The notes under the pieces: generated by a model
Told to the model about the DNA's origin: nothing
The model's database searches: none
Seen by the model: the letters and a program-made list of their open reading frames with translations, nothing else
Made by a program: the position numbers and the translations under genes
Shown here: piece after piece, positions 37,778 to 46,603 of the stretch
Numbering within the stretch: the first letter of the stretch is position 1
Layout of the letters: the number at the start of each line of letters is the position of its first letter
Assembly (NCBI GenBank): GCA_038057055.1
Contig: JBBUDY010000047.1
Coordinates: 16,048-80,047, forward strand
Reading direction: 5' to 3'
Source: Patescibacteria group bacterium
GTDB taxonomy: Bacteria; Patescibacteriota; Minisyncoccia; Phycocordibacterales; Phycocordibacteraceae
Length of the DNA stretch: 64,000 nt

Positions 37778-38915
37778 AAAAAAGAAAAAGGTGCTCGTTA
37801 TTACCGGCACTCGTGCCGAGTATGGGTTGTTGCGTCCTGTCATACGAGAGATACGCAAGAGTAAGGTGCTCACATTGCGGTTGCTCGTGACCGGCATGCA
37901 CACGCAAAAGAAATACGGCAAAACCATCGATCTTATCAAAAAAGACCACATACCCATTTCATCGGTCGTACCGATTGGTCAAAATGATTCGATGCTCATG
38001 GCGCTCAGCAAAGAAATCGTCGGTATAGAGAAATACTGTCTCAAAGAACGACCGGATGTACTTCTTGTTGATGCGGATAGAGGTGAGGGTTTTGCGGGGG
38101 CTCTTGTTGCCGGTCACCTCTGTATTCCGCTTGCTCACATGGGAGGGGGAGACACGAGTGGTTTTGGAGTAGATGAACCCATCAGGCACTCAATAACAAA
38201 ATTCGCGCATGTGCATTTCCCAATCTCTGTAGAGAGCGCGAAACGCATACAGCGCCTTGGCGAAGAGGCGTGGCGTATCCATATGGTAGGCACGACGGCG
38301 TTTGAAGAGGCACTGTCGACCAGGCTCCCGGATAGGAAGCAACTTGCGAAACGTTTGAGACTCGACGCAAATCTTCCGTGGATATTGTTCACCCAACACC
38401 CGACCCCGCTTGATTCCACCCCGGTGAGTCAGCAGATAGTTCCGTCTCTGAAGGCTCTTAAAAATGTTCGGGCGGAAAAAATACTTATCTACCCGAACTC
38501 CGATACCGGAGCAGATATTGTTATTCGGTCGATAGAGGCATTAAGAGGAGAGCGTCAGGTGCACATATACGCATCCTTTCCCCGTAACGTATACCTCGCA
38601 CTCCTCAAAGAAAGCGATATTGTCGTCGGTAATTCAAGTTCAGGGATTGTGGAGGCAGGGTTCTTTCATAAGCCGGTCGTTGATATCGGCAATCGGCAGA
38701 AGGGACGCGAACACGGCCGGAACGTCATTCATGTTCCGTATGATGAGCAAAAAATCTCGCGCGCCATCACAACAGGGCTTTCCGGAGCATTCAAGAAGAC
38801 GTACAAGAGCATGACGCATCCCTATGGGGGCGGTACTGCAAGCAGAAAGATTGTACGGATATTGGAGAACTTGCGCCTGGACGAGAAACTGATGTATAAA
38901 CAGATACCGCTCTAA
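37767..38915 (+). CDS. hydrolysing UDP-sugar 2-epimerase (NeuC/LegG family)
   Basis: 'VLVITGTRAEYGLLRPV', 'LLVTGMH', 'GGGDTSG', 'HVEAG'-like 'VEAGF' region. Confidence 0.75.
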   Translation: MRSRKKKKVLVITGTRAEYGLLRPVIREIRKSKVLTLRLLVTGMHTQKKYGKTIDLIKKDHIPISSVVPIGQNDSMLMALSKEIVGIEKYCLKERPDVLLVDADRGEGFAGALVAGHLCIPLAHMGGGDTSGFGVDEPIRHSITKFAHVHFPISVESAKRIQRLGEEAWRIHMVGTTAFEEALSTRLPDRKQLAKRLRLDANLPWILFTQHPTPLDSTPVSQQIVPSLKALKNVRAEKILIYPNSDTGADIVIRSIEALRGERQVHIYASFPRNVYLALLKESDIVVGNSSSGIVEAGFFHKPVVDIGNRQKGREHGRNVIHVPYDEQKISRAITTGLSGAFKKTYKSMTHPYGGGTASRKIVRILENLRLDEKLMYKQIPL

Positions 38916-38921
38916 GACCAT

Positions 38922-40592
38922 ATGCAAAGGCCCTTCTTCCAGGATAATCAGGTGCATTCCACACACAGCGACGGTATATTCACGCTTGAAGAAATACTTG
39001 CGTACAATCGCACACACGACCGACTTGATCTCACGATTACCGACCATGTCGACAAGCGCACCGACTGGTTCAACGGGTACGTCAAAAAACTGAAAGTGCT
39101 ACGGAAAAAATATCCCGAGTTTGAGGTGTGCATCGGTTGCGAAGTGAAGATTCTGGATGACGGGTCGCTCAATACGACAAAAGAGATTTTGGACGCCGCC
39201 GAGGTCGTGCTCGGAAGCGTACATCATTTTGATGGGATAAAACAAATGAATCCGCAACAGCTTATGAAGCGCGAATATGAATTGACCAAGCTTCTCGCGA
39301 AAAAGAAACGTATAGATATACTCGCCCATCCTTTTAGCATGGGGCACCGCTTTCATAAGAGTAATCCTCCGTCAGCGTGGGTCCGTGAAATATATCGACT
39401 GTGTGTTCAGCACAAGATTAAATTTGAATACAATCACAAAAATGCTCCACAGAGCGTTCGCTTATTCGTTAAGGCGCTGGTGGAAAAAGGAGATTTGAAA
39501 CACCTCTCATTCGGGAGCGATATGCACACCGATTTATGCGAATTAGGCCAATCGGGCTTTGCGATACAGAACACGATTCCCGTATTAGTTACCGGCGCAG
39601 GTGCGGGGGTAGGACAGAGCATACTGAAAGCACTGAAACTCTCATCGATGCCGATAAAAATATTGACTACCGACGGCAGTTCGCTTGCGGCCGGTCTCTA
39701 CACGGCCGATGCCGCGTACCTAGTGCCCATGTATCACGAATCGTCCTACATTCCGCGCATCATCGAGATTTGCAAGAAGGAAAAGGTGCAGCTACTGTTT
39801 GCGGGAACTGACGTAGAACTCGAAATCCTCTCGCAAAACGCAAAGAAGATAAAAGTGGAAGCGGGTACCGTCGTGGTGGTGAGCCATGTGCGCGCAGTGC
39901 GCATCGCTGACGACAAATGGAAGACTGTGCAGTTCCTCAAGCAAAACGGTTTCCCGTACGCGAAGTCGTGCCTCGAAAAAGACCTGGATACTTTTATGAA
40001 GAAAGCCACGTTCCCTCTTATCGTAAAACCGCGCATCGGCGCGCGCTCTATCGGCGTGCATAAGGTTGCCACGAAAGAAGAACTGTTGAAGGCGGTCGCA
40101 CGCACCCCGAACGCCATCATTCAAGAGTATCTTTCGGATGACAACGCCGAATACACCTGCAGCGGATTTTTTTACCGCGGAGGAAGTTATGGCGTCTTAT
40201 GCGGGCGGAGGTGGCTGCGCAACGGCGATACATATAAGTCGCTTTTCAAGCGCGACCCGAAGCTTGAAGCGTTCGTCTCCGACGTGGGCAAGAAGCTCGA
40301 TCTCTTTGGGCCGTGTAATTTCCAGCTCCGCAAAACCAAACGCGGACCGGTCATTTTTGAAATAAACTGTCGTTTTTCGGGCACGACGGGCGCCGTGAGT
40401 TATCTGGGCTTTAATGTGGCAAACGCATTGGTGCAAATAGTATGCCTGAAGCGCCCACCATCGATGCTGCATTATAACGAAGCATATATGTTCCGCTATT
40501 GGAACGAACTTTTTGCAAGCGAAAAAGAGATAGATACGCTTGCCGCAACAGGGGAGCTTCAAAAACCACAGTCGGGCAAGAATATATTCTAG
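38922..40592 (+). CDS. fusion protein: N-terminal PHP-domain phosphoesterase + C-terminal ATP-grasp ligase
   Basis: PHP metal-ligand motifs 'HSTHSDG', 'ITDH', 'GSVHH', 'ILAHPF', 'FGSDMH'. ATP-grasp motifs 'PLIVKPRIGARSIGV', 'IIQEYL', 'FEINCRFSGTTG'. Confidence 0.65.
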   Translation: MQRPFFQDNQVHSTHSDGIFTLEEILAYNRTHDRLDLTITDHVDKRTDWFNGYVKKLKVLRKKYPEFEVCIGCEVKILDDGSLNTTKEILDAAEVVLGSVHHFDGIKQMNPQQLMKREYELTKLLAKKKRIDILAHPFSMGHRFHKSNPPSAWVREIYRLCVQHKIKFEYNHKNAPQSVRLFVKALVEKGDLKHLSFGSDMHTDLCELGQSGFAIQNTIPVLVTGAGAGVGQSILKALKLSSMPIKILTTDGSSLAAGLYTADAAYLVPMYHESSYIPRIIEICKKEKVQLLFAGTDVELEILSQNAKKIKVEAGTVVVVSHVRAVRIADDKWKTVQFLKQNGFPYAKSCLEKDLDTFMKKATFPLIVKPRIGARSIGVHKVATKEELLKAVARTPNAIIQEYLSDDNAEYTCSGFFYRGGSYGVLCGRRWLRNGDTYKSLFKRDPKLEAFVSDVGKKLDLFGPCNFQLRKTKRGPVIFEINCRFSGTTGAVSYLGFNVANALVQIVCLKRPPSMLHYNEAYMFRYWNELFASEKEIDTLAATGELQKPQSGKNIF

Positions 40593-40599
40593 ATTCTCT

Positions 40600-41730
40600 A
40601 TGAAATGTCCGGTGTGCCGAGGGATTCGTTTTGAGAAAATCTTCCACCAAAAGAAACTCAAGATCTTTTCCGCACTGCGGAACGTCCCGTTTATAGAAAA
40701 GTCTCGTTTTGACGCATCGTTGTATCGATGTAAAAAATGTGGGTTTGTGATGCAAGACCTAACTCCCGCATTAAAGCGATTTCTTACGAATTTTTATAAA
40801 AAAGAGGCGTCGTTCTTTACCGCCCCGCCAGCGGCGAGCGTCCCGAGCGCACGGACGAAATTCAATATCGCGTTTCTCAACGCGCACATACACGAACCGG
40901 TCAGAAGCGTGCTTGAGATAGGGGCGTATGACGGCTATTTTCTCGATGCCGTGCGGAAGAATTTCCAGGCGAAAGAGGCGATTGGTATTGAAATCATGCA
41001 ATCAAAAAATAGATTTCCTAAGATACGGCTCATACATGATAGTTACCCCACGTCTGCGGTCGCGGGAAAGAAATTTGACCTCATCATCATTATGAACGTA
41101 TTGGAACATGTTTTTACCCCGCACGATTTTATGCAAAACCTTGGGAAAAATCTCACTGAAAACGGGAAAATTCTCATAGAGATTCCGAATGAACAGTGGA
41201 CTTTCGAGTCCGGCATGTTTTCGTACCAGCACCAACACATCAGTTATTTCACTCCCATAACGGTACGCAGATTTCTCGCAAGTTTGGGTTTTACGATTGA
41301 TGCACTCTACCGCAAAGACCTCGATCGGATACTAATCCTCTGTTCGAAGAACAAACGCCTCGTCCCGCAATACGATTTTGTGGATACCTCCTCTCGCGGT
41401 TATAGGAGCCGCAGCCAGGCAGTTTTGAAAAAATTCAAAGCACTCACTATTTCGGGCCGACCGGTCGGGCTTTATGGCGCTTGCACATTCACTCATAATA
41501 TTTTGCAGGCTACCGACGTTTCTTCTGACGTGGTCATTTTTGATGGAGACAAGAGGAAAGAGGGTACTTATATGTCCGACATAAAAAGACCAGTGCAATC
41601 GTGGCAGGCAATCGACCCCTCAAGACTTAAAAAGGTCGTGATAATGCCGCTTGCTTTTACGCGTGAGATTTACAACTTCCTGAACTCTAAAAAAATTCGA
41701 ACACCGATACGGAAGTTTTTTAATGCTTGA
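40600..41730 (+). CDS. class I SAM-dependent methyltransferase with N-terminal zinc ribbon (C-methyltransferase-like architecture)
   Basis: 'MKCPVCRG…YRCKKCGF' ribbon, 'VLEIGAYDGYF', 'DLIIIMNVLEHV'. Confidence 0.6.
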   Translation: MKCPVCRGIRFEKIFHQKKLKIFSALRNVPFIEKSRFDASLYRCKKCGFVMQDLTPALKRFLTNFYKKEASFFTAPPAASVPSARTKFNIAFLNAHIHEPVRSVLEIGAYDGYFLDAVRKNFQAKEAIGIEIMQSKNRFPKIRLIHDSYPTSAVAGKKFDLIIIMNVLEHVFTPHDFMQNLGKNLTENGKILIEIPNEQWTFESGMFSYQHQHISYFTPITVRRFLASLGFTIDALYRKDLDRILILCSKNKRLVPQYDFVDTSSRGYRSRSQAVLKKFKALTISGRPVGLYGACTFTHNILQATDVSSDVVIFDGDKRKEGTYMSDIKRPVQSWQAIDPSRLKKVVIMPLAFTREIYNFLNSKKIRTPIRKFFNA

Positions 41731-42625
41731 CGCACACGGGGAAATCGTACTATGCTCAGTCACTATGAAGTTGTCGAACAACAAAAAGCGGAAAATTATG
41801 CCAATTTATGCGCGACCGCATTCTGTTGAAACATCGACCGATAGTTACTTAAAAGTATATTCATCAGCAGATGAGGCAAAAAAGAGATTATTTAATCTCG
41901 GTGCTGGCGTCTGGTCACATCCGTTCTGGACCAATGTTGATTTGCCGCCTCAAACAAAGGCCTTTGCGGCTATCCAGTCGCCGTGCATCCACCATGATTT
42001 TGTTGCGGAAGCGAAGTTGCCGTTTGCCTCGAATTCAGTTGACTGTTTCTACACGTCACATGTCGTTGAGCACCTTCCCCAAAAGGTGGTGGAGCGGCTG
42101 ATGCACGAAGTCTTTCGCTGTCTGCGCAAAGGCGGCTGCTTCCGAATCGTGACGGGACCCGATGCCGACACAGACTGGGAGGCACTTTTACGGGGTGATG
42201 AGAAATGGTGGTTTGGACTTGATGAGCCAAAGCTTGTCGCTGCACTCGTACGCGACCGAGCACCGATGACGATTTATGATAAATGGTTGTATGAAGTAGC
42301 AACGGCACGTTCCCCTTATTCAGACACGCCGTGCGAGAAAAAGTACACGTCAGCCGAGGTCAAGAAGCTCGTTATACGGTATAAGAATAATCCGGATGCA
42401 CTCCGCGATATGCTGGATAAAGGACTTGCGTTCAGCTACAAGTTTCCGGGAGATCACGTCAGTTGGTGGAATGCCTCAAAACTGAAGAAATTCTTAAAAA
42501 AGGCAGGATTCAAAACCGCCTTTCGTTCTGGATACGGACAGAGCGTCTCTCCGTTCATGCGGGATATGCGGTACTTTGACCAGACATTCCCACAAATGTC
42601 CGTATATGTAGAAGGAGTCAAGTAA
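41723..42625 (+). CDS. methyltransferase-domain protein (Methyltransf_11-like)
   Basis: 'LFNLGAG', 'VDCFYTSHVVEHL', 'LRKGGCFRI'. Alternative starts at 41765 and 41798. Confidence 0.5.
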   Translation: MLDAHGEIVLCSVTMKLSNNKKRKIMPIYARPHSVETSTDSYLKVYSSADEAKKRLFNLGAGVWSHPFWTNVDLPPQTKAFAAIQSPCIHHDFVAEAKLPFASNSVDCFYTSHVVEHLPQKVVERLMHEVFRCLRKGGCFRIVTGPDADTDWEALLRGDEKWWFGLDEPKLVAALVRDRAPMTIYDKWLYEVATARSPYSDTPCEKKYTSAEVKKLVIRYKNNPDALRDMLDKGLAFSYKFPGDHVSWWNASKLKKFLKKAGFKTAFRSGYGQSVSPFMRDMRYFDQTFPQMSVYVEGVK

Positions 42626-42673
42626 GTGAATGAAACCGCTATACGTTGCGGTCAGTTATAGGCTCTATACAGC

Positions 42674-43810
42674 ATGAAAAAGACTTATCATATGGCACGG
42701 CCGCACCTTGCTGGACGCGAGGAGGAGTATGTGCTGCGCGTGTTGCGTTCGGGGATTCTCAGCATAGGTCCGTTTATAGAGAAATTTGAAAAGACCTTCG
42801 CCAAAAAAATGGGAACGCGTTATGCTTGCGCTGTCTCAAGCGGCACCGCGGGACTCCATCTCGCCCTCATTGCCGCGGGTATTAAAGAAGGTGATGAGGT
42901 CATCACCAGCCCTTTTTCATTCATAGCGTCCGCGAACGCGATCCTCTATGTCCGCGCGAAACCCGTATTTGTGGATGTTGATTCCATGACGGGTAACATT
43001 GATGCCGGAAAGATTGAAGCAGCAATTACACGAAAGACGAGGGCAATTCTCCCAGTACATATATTCGGGCAGCCTGCCCAGATGGACGTGATCATGAAAA
43101 CCGCAAAGAAGCATAAGTTGCGTGTTATCGAAGACGCGTGCGAGTCGCTCGACGCGACGTATAGAGGAAAGAAAGCGGGCACTTTTGGCGATGCCGGCGT
43201 CTTTGCATTTTATCCAAACAAGCAAATGACAACAGGGGAGGGAGGAATGATCGTGACGAATGATAAACGAATCGACGAACTATGCCGTAGTCTGCGCAAC
43301 CAGGGCCGCGCACCCAATATGCAGTGGCTTGACCACAAGTATCTCGGCTACAACTATCGGTTGGATGAGATGAGCGCGGCGGTTGGTCTTGCACAGATGG
43401 AGAACATCACCCTCCTCATCAAAAAGCGGCAGCAGCTTGCGAAGTGGTATGGGGAAGAGCTTCAGCGCATCTCTTCTCGTGTAGAAATCCCACACACGGC
43501 GCCGCATGCGACACACACTTGGTTCGTTTACGTGATACGCATCAAGAATTCGCGTGTTCGTCGTGATGTGGTCATCGAATCATTGGCAAAGAAGGGAGTA
43601 CACACCAAACCGTATTTACCCTCTATACACCTCTTCTCGTTCTATAAAGAGCTTTTTGGCTACAAGAAGGGCGACTATCCCATCTCGGAGGGAATAAGTT
43701 CCTCTGTCCTGGCGTTGCCGTTCTATATTGGGCTCACTAGACAAGATGTTAAAAGTATAGTAGAAGTATTAGACGCAACACTTCAACACCATGAAAGAAT
43801 TCAAAAATAA
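42674..43810 (+). CDS. DegT/DnrJ/EryC1/StrS-family PLP-dependent sugar aminotransferase (PseC/LegC/PglE-like)
   Basis: 'ACAVSSGTAGLHLAL', 'DEVITSPFSF', 'FAFYPNKQMTTGEGG', 'GYNYRLDEM'. Confidence 0.75.
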   Translation: MKKTYHMARPHLAGREEEYVLRVLRSGILSIGPFIEKFEKTFAKKMGTRYACAVSSGTAGLHLALIAAGIKEGDEVITSPFSFIASANAILYVRAKPVFVDVDSMTGNIDAGKIEAAITRKTRAILPVHIFGQPAQMDVIMKTAKKHKLRVIEDACESLDATYRGKKAGTFGDAGVFAFYPNKQMTTGEGGMIVTNDKRIDELCRSLRNQGRAPNMQWLDHKYLGYNYRLDEMSAAVGLAQMENITLLIKKRQQLAKWYGEELQRISSRVEIPHTAPHATHTWFVYVIRIKNSRVRRDVVIESLAKKGVHTKPYLPSIHLFSFYKELFGYKKGDYPISEGISSSVLALPFYIGLTRQDVKSIVEVLDATLQHHERIQK

Positions 43811-44744
43811 AGTCGTTATCGTCACCGGCGGTACCGGTTCTATCGGTTCGGAAATTGTCCGACAGTTGCTTAAAACTAAAGTCGCTCAAATACGTATCTA
43901 CAGTCGTGACGAACATAAACAGCATGAACTTGGCCAGGAACTCGGGGGCGATATGCGCCTTCGGTATCTTATCGGTGACGTACGAGACAAGGACCGACTT
44001 GATTTCGCCTTTCGAGGGGTCGATATTTGTTTTCACGCTGCGGCACTGAAGCATGTTCCCATATGCGAATACAATCCGTTTGAAGCGGTGAAGACAAATG
44101 TTATCGGGACCCAGAATGTCATCGATGTGAGCATAAAACACAATCTTGAAAAGGTGATGGCTATTTCAACCGACAAGGCGGTAAGTCCCGAGTCGGTCTT
44201 GGGCGCAAGCAAACTCATGATGGAGCGCCTTATTATCGCGGCAAACATCACGACCGGTCCTTCTCGCACACGGTTTTCTGCAGTCCGGTTCGGTAATGTA
44301 TTACATTCACGCGGCTCGGTTATTCACCTCTGGCGCAGGCAAATAGAGGCCGGTGGGCCGGTAACGATTACCGACCGCAAAGCACTGCGTTATTTTATGG
44401 ACATACCTGAAGCGGTGCGGTTCGTTTTCGAAGGAACACTCCTCATGAAAGGAGGGGAGATTTTTGTGCTGAAGATGAAAGAGCGATCTATTGTCGCCTT
44501 CGCTGAAGATGTTATAGCAGAATATGCAAACGGTAAGAAGATAAAACTTTCTTTCACTGGTCTACGGCCTGGAGAAAAATTGCGCGAAGCACTCCTCACG
44601 GCAGAAGAGGTAAGTCATACACTTGAAATCAAAGATATGTTTATTATTCTCCCGGCCGCGCTTGTTTCTATGGTAAATTCTCTCGGTCCATACGAGTATC
44701 CAGGAGCGAAAAAAGCTCGGAGCAATAAGTACGTCTCACGCTAG
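43791..44744 (+). CDS. UDP-GlcNAc 4,6-dehydratase, CapD/FlaA1(PseB)/PglF family
   Basis: 'VIVTGGTGSIGSEI', 'YSRDEHKQ', 'HAAALKHVPICEYNP', 'STDKAV', 'FSAVRFGNVLHSRGSV' closely parallel H. pylori FlaA1/PseB. Confidence 0.75.
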   Translation: MKEFKNKVVIVTGGTGSIGSEIVRQLLKTKVAQIRIYSRDEHKQHELGQELGGDMRLRYLIGDVRDKDRLDFAFRGVDICFHAAALKHVPICEYNPFEAVKTNVIGTQNVIDVSIKHNLEKVMAISTDKAVSPESVLGASKLMMERLIIAANITTGPSRTRFSAVRFGNVLHSRGSVIHLWRRQIEAGGPVTITDRKALRYFMDIPEAVRFVFEGTLLMKGGEIFVLKMKERSIVAFAEDVIAEYANGKKIKLSFTGLRPGEKLREALLTAEEVSHTLEIKDMFIILPAALVSMVNSLGPYEYPGAKKARSNKYVSR

Positions 44745-44815
44745 CAAATGGAAATCGCATCCATACATACCGGTAGCTTTCGCTGCCCTGTGCGGGTTAT
44801 AGTTACCGCTACGAT

Positions 44816-46585
44816 ATGAAAAACACACTGGTAACGCTCTGGCACACCTTTGCACGATACCGCTTGCAGCTCGTGATACTCATTGTGTTCGGATTCCTCG
44901 GAGCTCTTCTTGAAGGCATCGGTATCAATGCGGTCATCCCGCTCGTCTCCTTTTTCTCCGGTGCGACGAGCGGACCGACCAATTTTATTTCTCACGCCAT
45001 TCAGACATTATTTAGTTTCCTTCATATACCATTTAGTTTTCGTTACTTGCTCGGTTTCATCCTCGGCCTGTTCATTCTCCGTGCAGTATCAATGGTGGCA
45101 TTCGGATACATTCGTGGGAAGATAGGTGCCGATTTTTCGGGTACAGAGAGTGAGGCGATGTTGCAACGGATGCTTCGTGCGTCATGGCCGTTTCTCCTAA
45201 AACAGAAACTCGGGACGCTTCAGACGACGCTGGTACGTGATATTCAACGGACAGAAAGTCTCCTGGCGACGGTGGGACAGATTATACAGTCGTTTAGCGG
45301 GTTTCTTATGTATGTGGTGGTGGCCATAAACATATCGCCTATTATGACACTCTGTGCGCTCATAGCGGGCGCGATATTGTTACTGCTTGTGCGTCCGCTC
45401 ATGTCGCGTACACAAGCGACTGGGCGCCTCCTTACCGTGACCGAAAAGAATTATACCCAGTTCTTAGGCGAACATATTATCGGTATGAAAGCGATAAAAG
45501 CTACTGGTGTTGAAGAGCGCGCGCTTCATGATGGCAGCATGTTGGTGAGAGAGTTGCGAGCACTCATTATACGTATGGTATTCATTCGATCACTCAGCGG
45601 AAGTTTGTTCCAACCCTTCAGTCTGATATTTGTTATCGTGCTTTTTTCTATAACATACTCATTGCCGGGCTTTAATATCATTTCTTTTGCCGCTGCGCTC
45701 TATCTGATACAAAAGATTTTTACGTATCTTGAATCGGGGCAAAGTGCACTCCATTCGTTAAGTGAACTCATGCCGTATGCACAAAATGTCGAGAACTTTA
45801 AATCCGTCCTTGATGCGCATCGCGAAGTATCAGTCGGCGGAACCATACCGTTTTATTTTGAACGAGAACTCGCGTTCAAGAACGTCTCTTTTTCTTACGA
45901 GGGAGGGAAACAAGTCCTCTCTAATGTCGACTTTTCTATTGCGCGGGGAGAGACTATTGGACTTATTGGCCCATCAGGAGCAGGAAAGACTTCGGTTGCC
46001 GATTTGGTGTTGCGCTTGTTCAAACCGACCGCAGGCGGGATAGTAATAGATGGAAAACCGATTTCTGATATTTCTATTGAATCGTGGCGCCGCAATGTTG
46101 GCTATGTTGCACAAGAGGTATTTCTACTCAACACAAGCATTGAAGACAATATCCGCTTCTACCGTCCCGATCTCTCAAAGGAAGCGGTTGTCGCTGCCGC
46201 AAAGCAAGCAAATATTTATGATTTCATTATGGGGTTGCCGGAGGGTTTTGAGACGATAACCGGTGACCGCGGTGTGATGCTTTCAGGAGGGCAACGCCAG
46301 CGCATAGCACTTGCCCGCGCTCTTGCCGACAAACCCTCGCTTCTCATTCTTGATGAAGCGACGAGCGCGCTTGATACAGAGTCGGAGAAGCTCATACAAG
46401 CGTCAATCCATGCATTGCACGGTTCGGTGACGGTACTTATCATTGCACATCGTTTAAGCACGATAGAACACACCGACCGTTTGCTTGTGCTCGAGGACGG
46501 CCGTCTTGTTGAGCAGGGAACACCGCGCGCGCTGATGGAGAACAAGAACTCTTATTTTTATCAGGCAACGCGCGGACGATCCTAA
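44816..46585 (+). CDS. ABC transporter, fused permease-ATPase (MsbA-like exporter)
   Basis: 6-TM N-domain. Walker A 'GPSGAGKTS', signature 'LSGGQRQRIALARAL', Walker B 'ILDEATSALD'. Confidence 0.8.
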   Translation: MKNTLVTLWHTFARYRLQLVILIVFGFLGALLEGIGINAVIPLVSFFSGATSGPTNFISHAIQTLFSFLHIPFSFRYLLGFILGLFILRAVSMVAFGYIRGKIGADFSGTESEAMLQRMLRASWPFLLKQKLGTLQTTLVRDIQRTESLLATVGQIIQSFSGFLMYVVVAINISPIMTLCALIAGAILLLLVRPLMSRTQATGRLLTVTEKNYTQFLGEHIIGMKAIKATGVEERALHDGSMLVRELRALIIRMVFIRSLSGSLFQPFSLIFVIVLFSITYSLPGFNIISFAAALYLIQKIFTYLESGQSALHSLSELMPYAQNVENFKSVLDAHREVSVGGTIPFYFERELAFKNVSFSYEGGKQVLSNVDFSIARGETIGLIGPSGAGKTSVADLVLRLFKPTAGGIVIDGKPISDISIESWRRNVGYVAQEVFLLNTSIEDNIRFYRPDLSKEAVVAAAKQANIYDFIMGLPEGFETITGDRGVMLSGGQRQRIALARALADKPSLLILDEATSALDTESEKLIQASIHALHGSVTVLIIAHRLSTIEHTDRLLVLEDGRLVEQGTPRALMENKNSYFYQATRGRS

Positions 46586-46603
46586 GTGTTATTCTGAAAG
46601 TTC

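Noticed and set aside
36950-37957. 335-aa minus-strand ORF antisense to the NeuB-like and NeuC-like genes
   Set aside because: The sense strand encodes unmistakable NeuB (VNHNGS) and NeuC (ITGTRAEYG) signatures. The antisense ORF is a shadow.
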